From Paragordius varius (taxonomy: Eukaryota > Animalia > Nematomorpha): a stretch of 64,000 nt of DNA. Shown here in pieces: positions 41,701 through 52,608 of this stretch (positions are counted from its first letter, which is position 1; each line of letters opens with the position of its first letter). The notes beneath the pieces were generated by a model. The model did no database searches, was not told where the DNA came from, and saw nothing but the letters and a program-made list of their open reading frames with translations. The position numbers and the translations under genes are program-made. The stretch is from positions 372,001-436,000 of the forward strand of contig OZ176058.1 of assembly GCA_964247055.1 (NCBI GenBank), read 5' to 3'.

Positions 41701-42680
41701 TATTTTAATAAATTTTTGAAACTTTCAAAAAAAATTACTCCATTTTTGAAAAATTTAAAATTCCATTAATATTTATATAATTAAATAATTTAACTGTAAT
41801 TATCAAAAAAATTATTTACATAAAATAGGTCCCTTTGGCATACGTTAAAAAAAATTTTAAGTTCCAAAAAAATACTCTATTTTTGAAATTAACTCTTTTT
41901 CGAAAAATTGAAAGTTTCATTAATATTAATATAATTAAATAATTTTAAAGGTATTTTTATTTTTACATTCTTCTCTTTATTTTAATAAATTTTTGAAACT
42001 TTCAAAAAAAATTACTCAATTTTTGAAATTAACTCTTTTTCCGAAAATTGAAAATTCCATTAATATTTATAGAATTAAATAATTTTAAGTGTAATTATCA
42101 AAAAATAATTTTTTTTTAAATTTCCATCATAGGTCCCTTTGGCATACGTTTAAAAAAAATTTTTTAAATAAAAAATTCTTTCTATTTTTGAAATTAACTC
42201 TTTTTCAAAATTATAAACTCCATTAATATTTATTATTAATAACATATTTTAACTGTAATTATTAAAAAAAATTTTTTTTTATAAAAAATAGGTCCCTTTG
42301 GCATACGTTAAAAATTTTAAGTTCCAAAAAAAACTTTTTCAATTTTTGAAATTAACTTTTTATCGGAAAACTGAATATCATTATTATATAATAAAATAAT
42401 TTCAACTTTAATTATCAAAAAAAAATTTTTTTCGCAAAAAAATTGTATCTATTTTTTCAATAATTTTTTGAAACTTTTAAAAAATTACTTAATTTTCAAA
42501 ATTAAATAATTTTAAATGTAATTATTAAAAAAATAGGTTCCTTTAGCATACGTTGTTTCAACTTATCTCAAAGGTGGTCAATGGGGTAATATCCTGGTAT
42601 GGTTAAGTCTTATCCTAGGTCAACCAATTTGTATTCTCATGTATTTCCATGATTATTACATTCTCAACATGGTTAAATAA
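18045..42680 (+). CDS. DGAT1: DGAT1 copy B, complete spliced gene (15 coding exons, 723 aa)
   Basis: Manual splicing of exons 18045-18166, 18924-19011, 21855-21981, 23696-23748, 24151-24253, 24860-25694, 26422-26501, 27357-27416, 28416-28519, 30748-30873, 32777-32889, 34028-34093, 37902-37989, 39661-39723 and 42537-42680. All junctions are GT-AG with compatible phases; total 2172 nt. DGAT1 motifs present: [87 protein letters not shown] (catalytic His) and [14 protein letters not shown]. Confidence 0.96.
18924..19011 (+). CDS. DGAT1: DGAT1-B exon 2 ([29 protein letters not shown])
   Basis: TTTTAG acceptor, GTAAAA donor, DGAT1 motif DSLF-S-SGF-NYRG. Confidence 0.95.
20050..21570 (+). repeat. 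Array of acceptor + 5'-half-exon-3 copies in DGAT1-B intron 2
   Basis: CAG|GTGGT... copies with AG ending at 20069, 20531, 20914, 21278 and about 21527. Confidence 0.92.
21855..21981 (+). CDS. DGAT1: DGAT1-B exon 3 ([42 protein letters not shown])
   Basis: The only full-length unit among the repeats; AACAG acceptor, GTATGA donor. Confidence 0.95.
21982..22990 (+). repeat. 3'-half-exon-3 + donor copies in DGAT1-B intron 3
   Basis: ctccgg.atcc.tatcattggcc.tgcacttgtctgtt.ctat|gtatgaatgc at about 22350 and 22782. Confidence 0.92.
23696..23748 (+). CDS. DGAT1: DGAT1-B exon 4 ([17 protein letters not shown])
   Basis: TTTAG acceptor, GTATAA donor; identical to copy A 1479-1531. Confidence 0.93.
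24151..24253 (+). CDS. DGAT1: DGAT1-B exon 5 ([34 protein letters not shown])
   Basis: TTTTAG acceptor, GTAAAC donor; this is the coding part of ORF 24157..24378. Confidence 0.94.
24860..25694 (+). CDS. DGAT1: DGAT1-B exon 6 ([15 protein letters not shown] plus long repeat-containing loop)
   Basis: TTTAG acceptor; 835 nt open in frame with ORF 24919..25770; GTATGA donor at 25695, phase-compatible with exon 7. Confidence 0.9.
26422..26501 (+). CDS. DGAT1: DGAT1-B exon 7 ([26 protein letters not shown])
   Basis: GC-richer island with a polyT-AG acceptor and GTTAGA donor; phases fit exons 6 and 8. It has no recognisable DGAT1 motif of its own. Confidence 0.8.
27357..27416 (+). CDS. DGAT1: DGAT1-B exon 8 ([20 protein letters not shown])
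   Basis: YPDNLT motif; TTTTAG acceptor, GTAATT donor. Confidence 0.93.
28416..28519 (+). CDS. DGAT1: DGAT1-B exon 9 ([35 protein letters not shown])
   Basis: Hallmark DGAT1 motif; AG/GT boundaries. Confidence 0.96.
29200..30400 (+). repeat. Five acceptor + 5'-half-exon-10 copies in intron 9
   Basis: AG|atatttttattacaattaatgcttggcctaata copies starting at 29251, 29568, 29903, 30146 and 30359. Confidence 0.92.
30468..30506. repeat. (TA)n microsatellite (one of many: also about 738, 3945, 20140, 23610, 23656, 29948, 30180, 31042, 32678, 35745)
   Basis: Direct reading. Confidence 0.9.
30748..30873 (+). CDS. DGAT1: DGAT1-B exon 10 ([42 protein letters not shown])
   Basis: The only full-length unit among the flanking partial copies; AATAG acceptor, GTATTT donor. 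Confidence 0.95.
30874..32000 (+). repeat. Four 3'-half-exon-10 + donor copies in intron 10
   Basis: ...aa.ttagc.|gtat copies with GT at 31213, 31490, 31786 and 31949. Confidence 0.92.
32777..32889 (+). CDS. DGAT1: DGAT1-B exon 11 ([37 protein letters not shown])
   Basis: FYxDWW motif; TTTTAG acceptor, GTAATA donor. Confidence 0.96.
34028..34093 (+). CDS. DGAT1: DGAT1-B exon 12 ([23 protein letters not shown])
   Basis: WNxPVHxW motif; TATAG acceptor, GTGAGC donor. Confidence 0.96.
34506..34754. mobile_element. MITE family 1 in intron 12
   Basis: TA-cagtaaaaattgaaa...ggacaaaacg ... cgttttgtccgg...actg-TA. Confidence 0.85.
34880..35170. mobile_element. Foldback MITE family 2 in intron 12
   Basis: TACCATTTACA...GTAAATGGTA. 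Confidence 0.88.
36323..37215. mobile_element. MITE family 1 with a repeatedly duplicated right TIR (intron 12)
   Basis: Left end at 36323; several right-end copies at about 36545, 36645, 36770 and 37210. Confidence 0.7.
37902..37989 (+). CDS. DGAT1: DGAT1-B exon 13 ([29 protein letters not shown])
   Basis: Contains the MBOAT catalytic His (SAFFHE); TTTCAG acceptor, GTTAAT donor. Confidence 0.96.
38200..39510. mobile_element. Tandem cluster of partial family 2 elements in intron 13
   Basis: Repeated aaattcacc / gggtgaatttgaattg ends with the family core; 3-4 units. Confidence 0.75.
39661..39723 (+). CDS. DGAT1: DGAT1-B exon 14 ([21 protein letters not shown])
   Basis: AATAG acceptor, GTTAGT donor; DGAT1 motif SVPLxMFRLWAF. 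Confidence 0.96.
40380..42530 (+). repeat. Tandem array carrying acceptor + first codons of exon 15
   Basis: atag|gtccctttggcatacgtt-type copies starting at 41298, 41575, 41829, 42133 and 42292; shared spacer ...aattactctatttttgaaattaactc...ttaactgtaattatcaaaa. Confidence 0.9.
42537..42680 (+). CDS. DGAT1: DGAT1-B terminal exon 15 ([47 protein letters not shown])
   Basis: AATAG acceptor; TAA stop at 42678-42680; GN..VWLSLI.GQP..LMY.HDYY motif. Confidence 0.95.
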   Translation, partial: VPLAYVVSTYLKGGQWGNILVWLSLILGQPICILMYFHDYYILNMVK

Positions 42681-45600
42681 TTGAAAAATCAGCTGATCTG
42701 CACACACAAAAATATTAAAACAATGTTGATAACAGCTAAGAAATTAATCTAATATGGATATATATATATATATATGTGTGTGTAAATTTTCGACCAATCA
42801 ATTTTATAAGACCTTTAAGGATTCATTTTCGAGTTATTGCTCTTAAAAACAATGTAAAAAAATAAAATTAGCTTATCTGGAAAGAATTCCACAATAATTT
42901 CGCATATTATGTATTTCCATGATTATTACATTCTCAACATGTATAAGAGCAACTAAAAATTGTTTAAAACAGTAAAAATCAGCTGATCTGCATATACAAA
43001 AATATTAAATTCCCTTAAACAATGAATATTGTTAAAAACAGCTAAGAAATTAATCTAATATGGATATATATATATATAAAGATGTGTGTAAATTTTCGAC
43101 CATCTAATTTATAACACTTTTCAATTGAAAAAAGGAACAAAAGAAAATAAGCTGATCTGGATTGAATTTTAAAATATCGCATATTCTCATGTATTTCCAT
43201 GATTACTACATTCTCAACTTGTACAAAAACAACAAATAACCGTATTTAAAAATCAGCTGATCTTAATACCAAGATATTAAATTCCCTTAAACAATGAATA
43301 TTGTTAAAAACAGCTAAGAAATTAATCTAATATGGATATATATATGTGTAAATTTACGACCAATCAATTTTATAAGACCCTTGAAATTTTATATTGATAA
43401 CAATTAAAAACAGTGTTGAAAGAAAATCAGCTGATCTGCCAACAAAAATATTAGATTTACCCACTAACAATGGTAAAAACAGCTATATAGATATATTTTA
43501 TAGCACCCTTAAAAAAATTTTCTCGAGTTATTGCTTTAATAACAATCGAAAAAAACAAAATCAGCCGATCATGATGGTATTCCACAATAAATTAGCATAT
43601 TTTCAAGTTTTTCCATGATTATTACATTCTCAACATGTACAACAATGTTAAAAATGATTGAAAAATCAGCTGATATGCAAAAAACTTATTGAATTTACAC
43701 ACTAACTAATGTTAAAAATAGCTAAGAAATTAATCAAATATGGATAAATATATATATGTGTAAATTTTCGACCATATAATTTTATAATACCTTTCAATTG
43801 GAAAAAAGGAAAAACGAAAATAGCTGATCTGGTTAGAATTCTTAAACCAATTTGTATTCTCATGTATTTCCATGATTATTACATTCTCAACATGTATAAA
43901 AATTGATTGAAAAATCAGCTGATCTGCATACACAAAATTTAAATTTTCTCAAACAATGAATGTTAAAAACAGCAAAGAAATTTTGTAAATTTACGACCAC
44001 TTAATTTTATAACACATTTAAAATTTTATTTTGGACTTATTACACGTAAAAACAATTGAAAAAAAGGAAAATCAGCTGATCCAGATAAAATTTTAAAATG
44101 TAATACAATTTCATGTATTTCCATGATTATTACATTCTTAACATGTATAAAAATTGAAAAATCAGCTGATCTGCATACAAAAATATTGAATTCACCCAAA
44201 CAATGAATGTTAAAAAGGTTCAAGAAATTTATCTAATGTGCGCATATAAGTGGAAATTTTATCTAATGTGAATTTCATTTAGACCCTTTAAAAATTTACA
44301 TTACAATTAACAAAATGAAAATCAGCTGATCTGGAAAAATATTCGACAATAAATTCGCATATTCTTATGTATTCCCATAATTATTACATTCTCAACATGT
44401 AAAAAAAACGCTAAATATGATTGAAAAAATCAGCTGATCTGCATATACAAAAATATTGAATTTACCCAAACAATGTTTAAAACAGCCTATTTAATGAGGA
44501 CATAGTTAATATATCCCTTAAAATTTATTTTGAAACCATTGCACTAAAAGGAAAATAGCTGATCTGGAAAGAATTGCAAAATATCGCATATTCTCATGTA
44601 TTTCCATGATTATTACATACTCAACATGTATAAAAACAACTAAAAACAATGGAAAATAGAAAATCAGCTGATCTGCATACAAAAAATTTAAATTCCCTCA
44701 AACAATGAGTGTTAACAGCTAAGAAATATATCTAATGTGGATTTATATCTAAATTTACGACCATATAATTTTATAACACCTTTCAATCAAAAAAAGGAAT
44801 AAAAGAAAATCAGCTGATCTGGATGAAATTCCAAAACCAATTTGTATCCTTATGTATTTCCATGATTATTAAATTCTCAACGTGTACAACAATGTTAATT
44901 AATTGAAAAATCAGCTGATCCGCATACACAAATATTGAATTAACCCAAACGATGAATGCTAAAACAGCTAAAAATTTATCTAACGTGAATTTCATTCAGA
45001 CCCTTTAAAAATTTACATTATCAACATTTATAAAAATTGAAAAATCAGCTGATCTGCATACATAAAATATTAAATTCGATCACACAATGAATGTTAAAAC
45101 AGCTAACAAATATATCTAATGTGGGCATATGTAAATTAACGACCATATAATTTTATATAAAACATTTTAGCGTTATTACATTTAACATAATAAAAATCAG
45201 CTAATCTGGATAGAATTCTAAAATACACTTAAACGTTTTCATGTATTTCATGATTATTACATTCTTAACATGTATAAAAACGACTAAAACAATGGTAAAA
45301 AGAAAATCAGCTGATCTGCATACAAAATTATTGAATTTCACACAAAGATTTTAAACAACTAACAAATTTATCTAATGTGGGCATATTTTATAGCACCCTT
45401 AAAAATTTTTTCTCGAGTTATTGCTCTTATAAACAATGTAAAAAAGAAAATCAGCTGATCTGGACAAAATACCAAAATATATTTGCACATTTTCATGTAT
45501 TTCCATGATTATTACATTCTCAACATGTACAACAAAGTTAATAATGATTGAAAAATCAGCTGATCTGCATTCAAAATTTTAGAATTCACCCAAACTAGGA

Positions 45601-46300
45601 TTTCAAACTAACAAATTTATCTAGACTTACATATTTTCATGAATATTACATTCTTAACTTGATAATCGCCACATAGACAGCATTCACAACAACGAAAACA
45701 GTTGAAACAAATCAGGTGTTATGGAAAATTTCTAAAAGAAAATTTATAGCGCATAAAAGAAAAACAGCTGATTTGGATAGAAAAATTAACTATTTTTCAA
45801 TATCAAACTAATTTTACGCGAGCGATTTTTATTAAATAGAAGAAATAATCAGTTATCTGAATCAAAATTTAGAAGGATACGTCCCTACACCATCAGATTA
45901 CATAATTTTTCATACGACCTTTTAGAATTCAAATCATTAAACAATGAAACATAGTTCAAAAAATAATCAGCTGATATAGATAAAATTGTAAAAATGTTAA
46001 AATACGTTAAATTCAAGATTGAAATACACAGACTATATTTAAAGTCATTACTAAAGAATGCAAAAAGAAATTATCTTGAAAAATTTTTCAAAAATACGTA
46101 ACTTTTGCCCTAATTATTACATATTCTTTACATATGTACAAAAAAACTAATCATTGATAATTACCTCAAAGAAAAACAGCTGATCTGGATGATTTTATTT
46201 AAAATATTGGTTAATTGAACCAAAAAGGATTGCAATATATTTATAATGGTTAAAAATTTTTATATTTTCGAATTATTATTATCACGCAAAAAAAGAGAAT
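42681..46300 (+). repeat. Tandem array of exon-15 3' end plus downstream sequence (units of about 250-400 bp)
   Basis: tattctcatgtatttccatgattattacattctcaacatg...aaatcagctgatctgc recurs about 11 times and decays distally. Confidence 0.93.
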
Positions 46301-46744
46301 ATAATCAGCTGATCTTGAGGAATATTGATAAATAAATCATTTTACCCATATTATTTTAATAATATATTTTTAATCTTGATATATTTTAAATTAAATTTCA
46401 AATATATATATATTTAATGGCACTACGAATTGACAATAATAATTTATATGTGCATCGCAAACGTAATAATAAATAAATTAATATATATTTTAAAAAATTT
46501 TATCCCTTATTTGTCATTTAAAGTTCAAATTGTGTTTTTGAAGCATTGTTTGGTTAACATGTAAAAGATTATTAAGTAACAATTAAAAATTATATTATGG
46601 ACAAAACTTAAAAATTGAAAAGAAATATTTCTAAAGGCAATCAAACTTTAAATTCTCGTAAAGATATTATTAATTTAAAACGGTAAAATATATAATTGAT
46701 TGTATTAGAATATAATATATTTTTTTGTAGAAATGATATTGTTA

Positions 46745-47642
46745 ATACATAGAGCTCTTATTTTTCAATTTTTTACCAAATATTTATACCCCTTTAAGAA
46801 AATAAATAAATTTTTGATAAAATAAAGGATACATGACTGTATAATTCTTATCCTTTTTTGGCAGAATATGGTATTATTAATACCATAGAGCTCTTGTTTT
46901 TTTTGTTCTTTACGAAGTATTTATACCCATATTTAACGAAAAAAAATTAATTTTTGATAAAATAAAGGATACATGACTGTATAATTCTTATACTTTTTTT
47001 GGCAGAAATAATATTTTTAATACCATAGAGTTTTTAATTTTTAAATTCTTTACCAATTATTTATACCCCCTATTTAACGAAAAAAAATAAATTTTTGATA
47101 AAATAAAGGATACATGACCGTATAATTCTTATAATTTTTTGGCAGAATATGATATTGTTAATACCATAGAGCTCTTGTTTTTTTTAATTCTTTACCAAAT
47201 ATTTATACCCAATTAAGTAAAAAAAATAAATTTTTGATAAAATAAAGGATACATGACGACTGTATAATTCTTATAATTTCTTTGGCAGAATATGATATTG
47301 TTAATACCATATAGATTTTATTTTTTCGATCCTTTACCAAATATTTATATTCCCTATTTAACGAAAAAAATAAATTTTTGATAAAATAACAGTAACCCAA
47401 ACAAAAGCTTTAACAAAAAAATAAAAGTTGAATGTTGATATCCTTATATTTATCATAATTTATTTTCTTTCTTTTGTTAATTGGATTTGGTAAAGAATGG
47501 TAAAAACAAGAGCTTTCTAGTAATTCTTAGAGTTTTTGGCAGAATATAATATTATTAATGCCATAGGGTTCTTATTTTTTCAATTCTTTACCAGATATTT
47601 ATACCATAAATAATTTTTTATAAAATAAAGGATACTTGACTG
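46745..47642. mobile_element. MITE family 3, intermediate form with ~136-bp tandem units
   Basis: Right end ggatacttgactg-TA followed by the same atagccaaaaattgtcgcc flank. Confidence 0.8.
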
Positions 47643-48211
47643 TAATAGCCAAAAATTGTCGCCAGTATCGAAATCGGGGCAGAAGACAGAAACAAATATT
47701 GTAAAAATAAAATTTGATATCTAATTAAATTCTCAAATAAATGCGATAAATTTTTCAAAATAATATCTTTTAAAACTCAGCTTGATAACTATTTTGTTAT
47801 AAGATAAATAAATAATTAAATTTAATTATAATACGGATATAGTAACAGATATAATTATGCCATCTTTATAATGAATTTTAATTTATTTAATTATTAAGAT
47901 GAAAAAAGGTATAAAAATATATTCTGATCTTTAGTTTTTCCTATAAAACTGATATAATCAAATTATAAAATATATGTATTAAAGTTACCAATATATCTTT
48001 TCTTTATTGAGCAACTCTAAACAATATCTTTTAAAGACAAGGTTAGTTTGTTTTAAATTGATTGAATAATTAATTATTTAGTCGATTTTTTTCTTCATAA
48101 AAAACATAGTTACCCATCTCTATTATGCCGATACACTATTATACTGGCTTATTAGAAGCATAACTTAATAATTAGTGAATTATAAAATCTGCACTAATAT
48201 TATGACTAGTA

Positions 48212-48496
48212 CAGTAAAAATTGAAATTATACACGGATAAAATGTAAAAATATAAAGACATATATTTTTTTCTAAAAGACAACCCCATACTTTTTAAATC
48301 TTGATTTATATCAAAATAACTTATTGTTTTAAATGGCAAAGTGTGAAATAGAGATATATAAATAATAATAACACAATCATTTACATTGCAACTAAATAGC
48401 TTATATCAGAAACATTAAGGTTTTTATAGTATGGTTGTATTTTAAAATATTTGTTTTTATATTTACCTTTTGTCCGTAAAAATTTAATTATTACTC
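48212..48496. mobile_element. MITE family 1
   Basis: TA-cagt...actc-TA with the family TIR. Confidence 0.8.
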
Positions 48497-49558
48497 TAAA
48501 AACGTATAGTAAAAAAATATTTTTTGACCTGAAATTTAACGTTTCAGTTATCTAAGAACTGTGCTAAAGGTATTTAATAAAAATGAAAAATAATTTTTTG
48601 TAAATTTATGAATATGAAATATTTTGCAATAGGCAAAAATTATTATTTAAATTACTCTTTCATTGGTGCCGTGACAATGAAAAAAATATTAATATTAATT
48701 TTATATTTAATAACAAAAAATAGTATATAATTTTTTTCAATAATATAATTATAATTTATGGGAGGGTATATTTAATATTTCATGTTATCACCTTTTATAT
48801 ATTACTAAATTTGTACTATTAGAAGGATATTTTTATTTAGTTATATGCCATCTTTTTAATTAAGAGGCAACAAAAGGATAAAAATTAATATATACAGTCA
48901 AATCTCATTTTGTGAATACATACTACGTACAAAATTTATAATATTATGGAAAAGGCCATAACTAGGGTTGTGCTGACCAAAAAAATTTAATTCATCATTT
49001 CAACGTAAAAATATAAAGATATTTTTTTCGAAAAGACAACCATACTTTTTAAAACTCATTGTAATGGCAAAGTAATAAATAGATATGTATATTGTAACAA
49101 AATCAATTTTATATTTTACAATTGTAACTAAATAACTTATATGAGAAAAATTTACAAGTATGGTTGGTTCTCTGTTAGAAAAAATATTTGTCTTTATATT
49201 TTTACGTTTCGTCCGTAAAATCATGCAATTCTTACTGTAATAATAAAAATAATTATTAATAATTTTGTTTGAGCACATTGTTTTAGTCCAATGTAAAAAA
49301 TTGACATTATTTAACAAAAATTTTTGACATATTTGGATATTTGTAAGAAATTCTAAGCATATAAAAAAATATTAAGTATAGTTATTAATCAACAATATTA
49401 CAGTTAATCAAAGAGCTAGTTTTTGAAGAAGAGCAGATATTATAAATTAATTAATGTTACATCTTAAGGATTAGTTACAATAATATTGTCAGAAAAAAAT
49501 TTACAAAAACTAACCATTTACCGATTATCCAGAGATTCTTAAGAAAAGTGTTAAATTA

Positions 49559-49831
49559 CAGTTATAATTAGATTATACGGACAAAATGTAAACATATAAA
49601 GACAAAATTTTTTATTCAAAATACACCATGCCTTTTTTTAACCTTAATAATATTAAAATCCATTGTTTTGAACTGCAAAGTGTAAAATAAAATTTATATT
49701 GGAAACATAATTAATTACATATTTTACGATTGTTTTTAATTTATTAGGATTAATTGCAAAAGTATGGTTGTTTTTTGGGAAAATTGTCGTTATATTTTTA
49801 TATTTTGTCCGTATAATTTCAATTATTACTG
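49559..49831. mobile_element. MITE family 1
   Basis: TA-cagt...actg-TA. Confidence 0.82.
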
Positions 49832-50231
49832 TATAAGCGTATAGTAGAAAAATATTTTTTGACCTGAAATTTTACGTTTTAGTTATTTAACAACTGGGCA
49901 AAAATTGTTTAATAAAAAATAAAATATTTCCTTAAACAATTTTGGATATAAAATTTTTGCAAAAAAGCAAAAATTATTAATCAAAATACTCTTTCATTGG
50001 TGCCGTGAAAGAATACAAAGAAATAAAATATCATTGGTGTTTATATTAATTACAAAAAATAGTATATAATTTTTTTCAATAATAATTATATTTCATGGGA
50101 GAGTATATTTAATATCATGTTATATTCCTTAATATATTAATTAATTATAATATATTTTATATTAAGCATTTATTTATATATGAATATGCCATCTTTTTTA
50201 CAGAGAAAGATAACAAAAAGGATTATATATA

Positions 50232-50518
50232 CAGTAAAAATTGAGATTATACGGACAAAACGTAAAAATATAAAGACAAATTTTTTCCAAAAAACAACCC
50301 CAAACTTTTTTAAGCTTCATTTTTTTTAATAGAACTCATCGTTTTAAATTGCATATTATAGAAGCAATATCTATATTGGTGTCACAATAAACAATATATT
50401 TTTAAATTGTAATTATATAATTTATATAAAATAATTAAGGCTTAAAAAAGTATGGTGGTTTTTAGAAAAAAATTTGTCTTTATATTTTCACATTTTGTCC
50501 GGATTTCAATTTTTACTG
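50232..50518. mobile_element. MITE family 1 (paralog of 14330-14625)
   Basis: Family TIRs; internal sequence matches 14330-14625 inverted. Confidence 0.85.
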
Positions 50519-50738
50519 TCTTATACAATCAATTCTTATTTTGTAAACACATACACTCATAAAAAATTATAAATAATAAAATATAATTTTTGAATTAAAA
50601 GCCAAAACATTACAAGAAAGTTAATTTATTTCTATACCATAGTCTTTTTACAATAATATGACCATGATTTAATACTTAGCTGTCATTGTTTATATATTTT
50701 AAACTACAGTTTAAAATAGGTGCTTAGCTTACAATATA

Positions 50739-51000
50739 TACCATTTGCAGTTCAAATTCACCCTTAAACAATTTAAATTCACCCTAAAATAATTATGTGT
50801 TATTAAGATTAAAAATTAGCTATATTATTTTAAATTTTTAAAAAAAGAAATTTTGTTTAAAATTAAAATAATACTGAAAAATTATTAAACTATGCCATAA
50901 AAATATATTTAATTTTAATGATGAGTTATACTGAAAATTTATAATTTATTTTTAGGGTGAATTTGAATTGTTCAAGGGTGATTTTTAATTGTAAATGGTA
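50739..51000. mobile_element. Foldback MITE family 2 with an empty-site paralog
   Basis: The paralogous site at 14101-14122 lacks the element; the comparison gives a TA target duplication. Confidence 0.92.
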
Positions 51001-51402
51001 TATATTCAATTATTTTTACTTAGATGAGACAATTTGCTATAACTATAAATTTGCTTGAAATTTAATCAAATTATTTTAGAATTATTTTTATTTTTCCCAC
51101 CTTATTTACAGTAATTATAATTAAAATTTAAAAATAAAAAATAAAATTTACTATTTCTAAAGATAACAATATTTTAACCTAGTTTTTTTCTACAGAGAAC
51201 TTTTCACTTTCGAATAATAATTAAGAGTTACCAATTTTCTTTCCCCCCAACTAAATAGCTTATTGTCCCTTATAGAAAATGTGTGTATTGAAATATATAT
51301 AACAAAATTAGTTCCATGGAATTTTCATTATTTTAAATATTTATTTCCAATTAATAGATTAAACATTATTAAAACCAAATTATAAGGGGTAGTATATAAA
51401 TA

Positions 51403-52608
51403 TACCATTTACAGTTCTTCACCCTTTAACAATTCAAATTCATTTTTGAACAATTCAATTTCACCCTTAAATTATGTGTTTTCGAACTAATATAACTCAT
51501 TATTAATGTAGAATATATGCTTATGGCATAGTTTATTCTTTTTTTTAGTAATATTTTAATTTAAAACAAAATTTTTATTTTTTAAAAATATATAAAATAT
51601 ATAGGTAATTTTTAATCTTAAAAAACATGTTATTTAGGGGTTAATTTGAATTGTTAGAGGGTGAATTTGAATTGTTCAAGGGTGAATTTGTATTGTTCAA
51701 GGGTGAATTTGAATTGTTTAAGGGTGAATTTGAATTGTTTAAAGGTGGATTTGAATTGTTCAAGGGTGAATTTGAATAGTTTAAGGGTGAATTTGAACTG
51801 TAAATGGTATATTTCCAATTAATAATAAAAAACAATTTTAAAAGCAATTTATAAGGGGTAGTATATAAATATTTAGTTAAATTTTTCGCCATAAAGTTAT
51901 TAGCTAAAAATATGGGGCTGTATATTCAATATCATCATATTATATAAAGTTTTGAACTTATAATTTTTTTTACAATCAATTATTCAAAAAAATGTGTGAA
52001 ATTACCTTTATAATATTTTTCTTATAATTTTTTTTACATGCATTTAAAAATTATTTGAATTATATTATATATTCCAAATCATAATTCTTTTAAAGATGCG
52101 TATTTTATTTTATTTGTATTTATTGATATATACCATTTACAGTTCAAATTCACCCTTGAACAATTCGAATTCACCCTCGAACAAATCATATCACCTTTGA
52201 ACAATTCAAATTCACCCTAAAAATATATTATGTGTTTTCGATCTAATATAACTCATTATTAATATGAAATATATTTTTATGGCACAATATATTATTTTTT
52301 TATGTATTATTTTAATTTAAAACAAAATTTTTGTTTTTTAAATAATATATGAAAATATAGGTATTTTTTAATCTTAAAAAACATGTTATTTATTTGAGGG
52401 TGAATTTGAATTGTTCAGGGGTAAATTTGAATCATTTAAGGGTGAATTTGAATTGTTTAAGGGTGAATTTGAATTGTTTAAGGGTGAATTTGAATTGTTT
52501 AAGGGTGAATTTGAATTGTTCGAGGGTAAATTTCAATTGTTTAAGGGTGAATTTAAATTGTTCGAAGGTAAATTTGAATTATTTAAAGGTGAACTTGAAC
52601 TAATGGTA
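51403..52608. mobile_element. Two tandem family 2 elements (51403-51809, 52131-52608) with expanded 21-mer arrays
   Basis: TACC/GGTA termini; about 7 and 10 right-hand 21-mers; flanks match the single element at about 13469-13718. Confidence 0.88.

Noticed and set aside
43394-44995. Several 61-74 aa ORFs in the 3' array (also 63100..63318, 47203..47400, 55340..55606)
   Set aside because: Chance or antisense frames of tandem-repeat monomers with no recognisable protein similarity.
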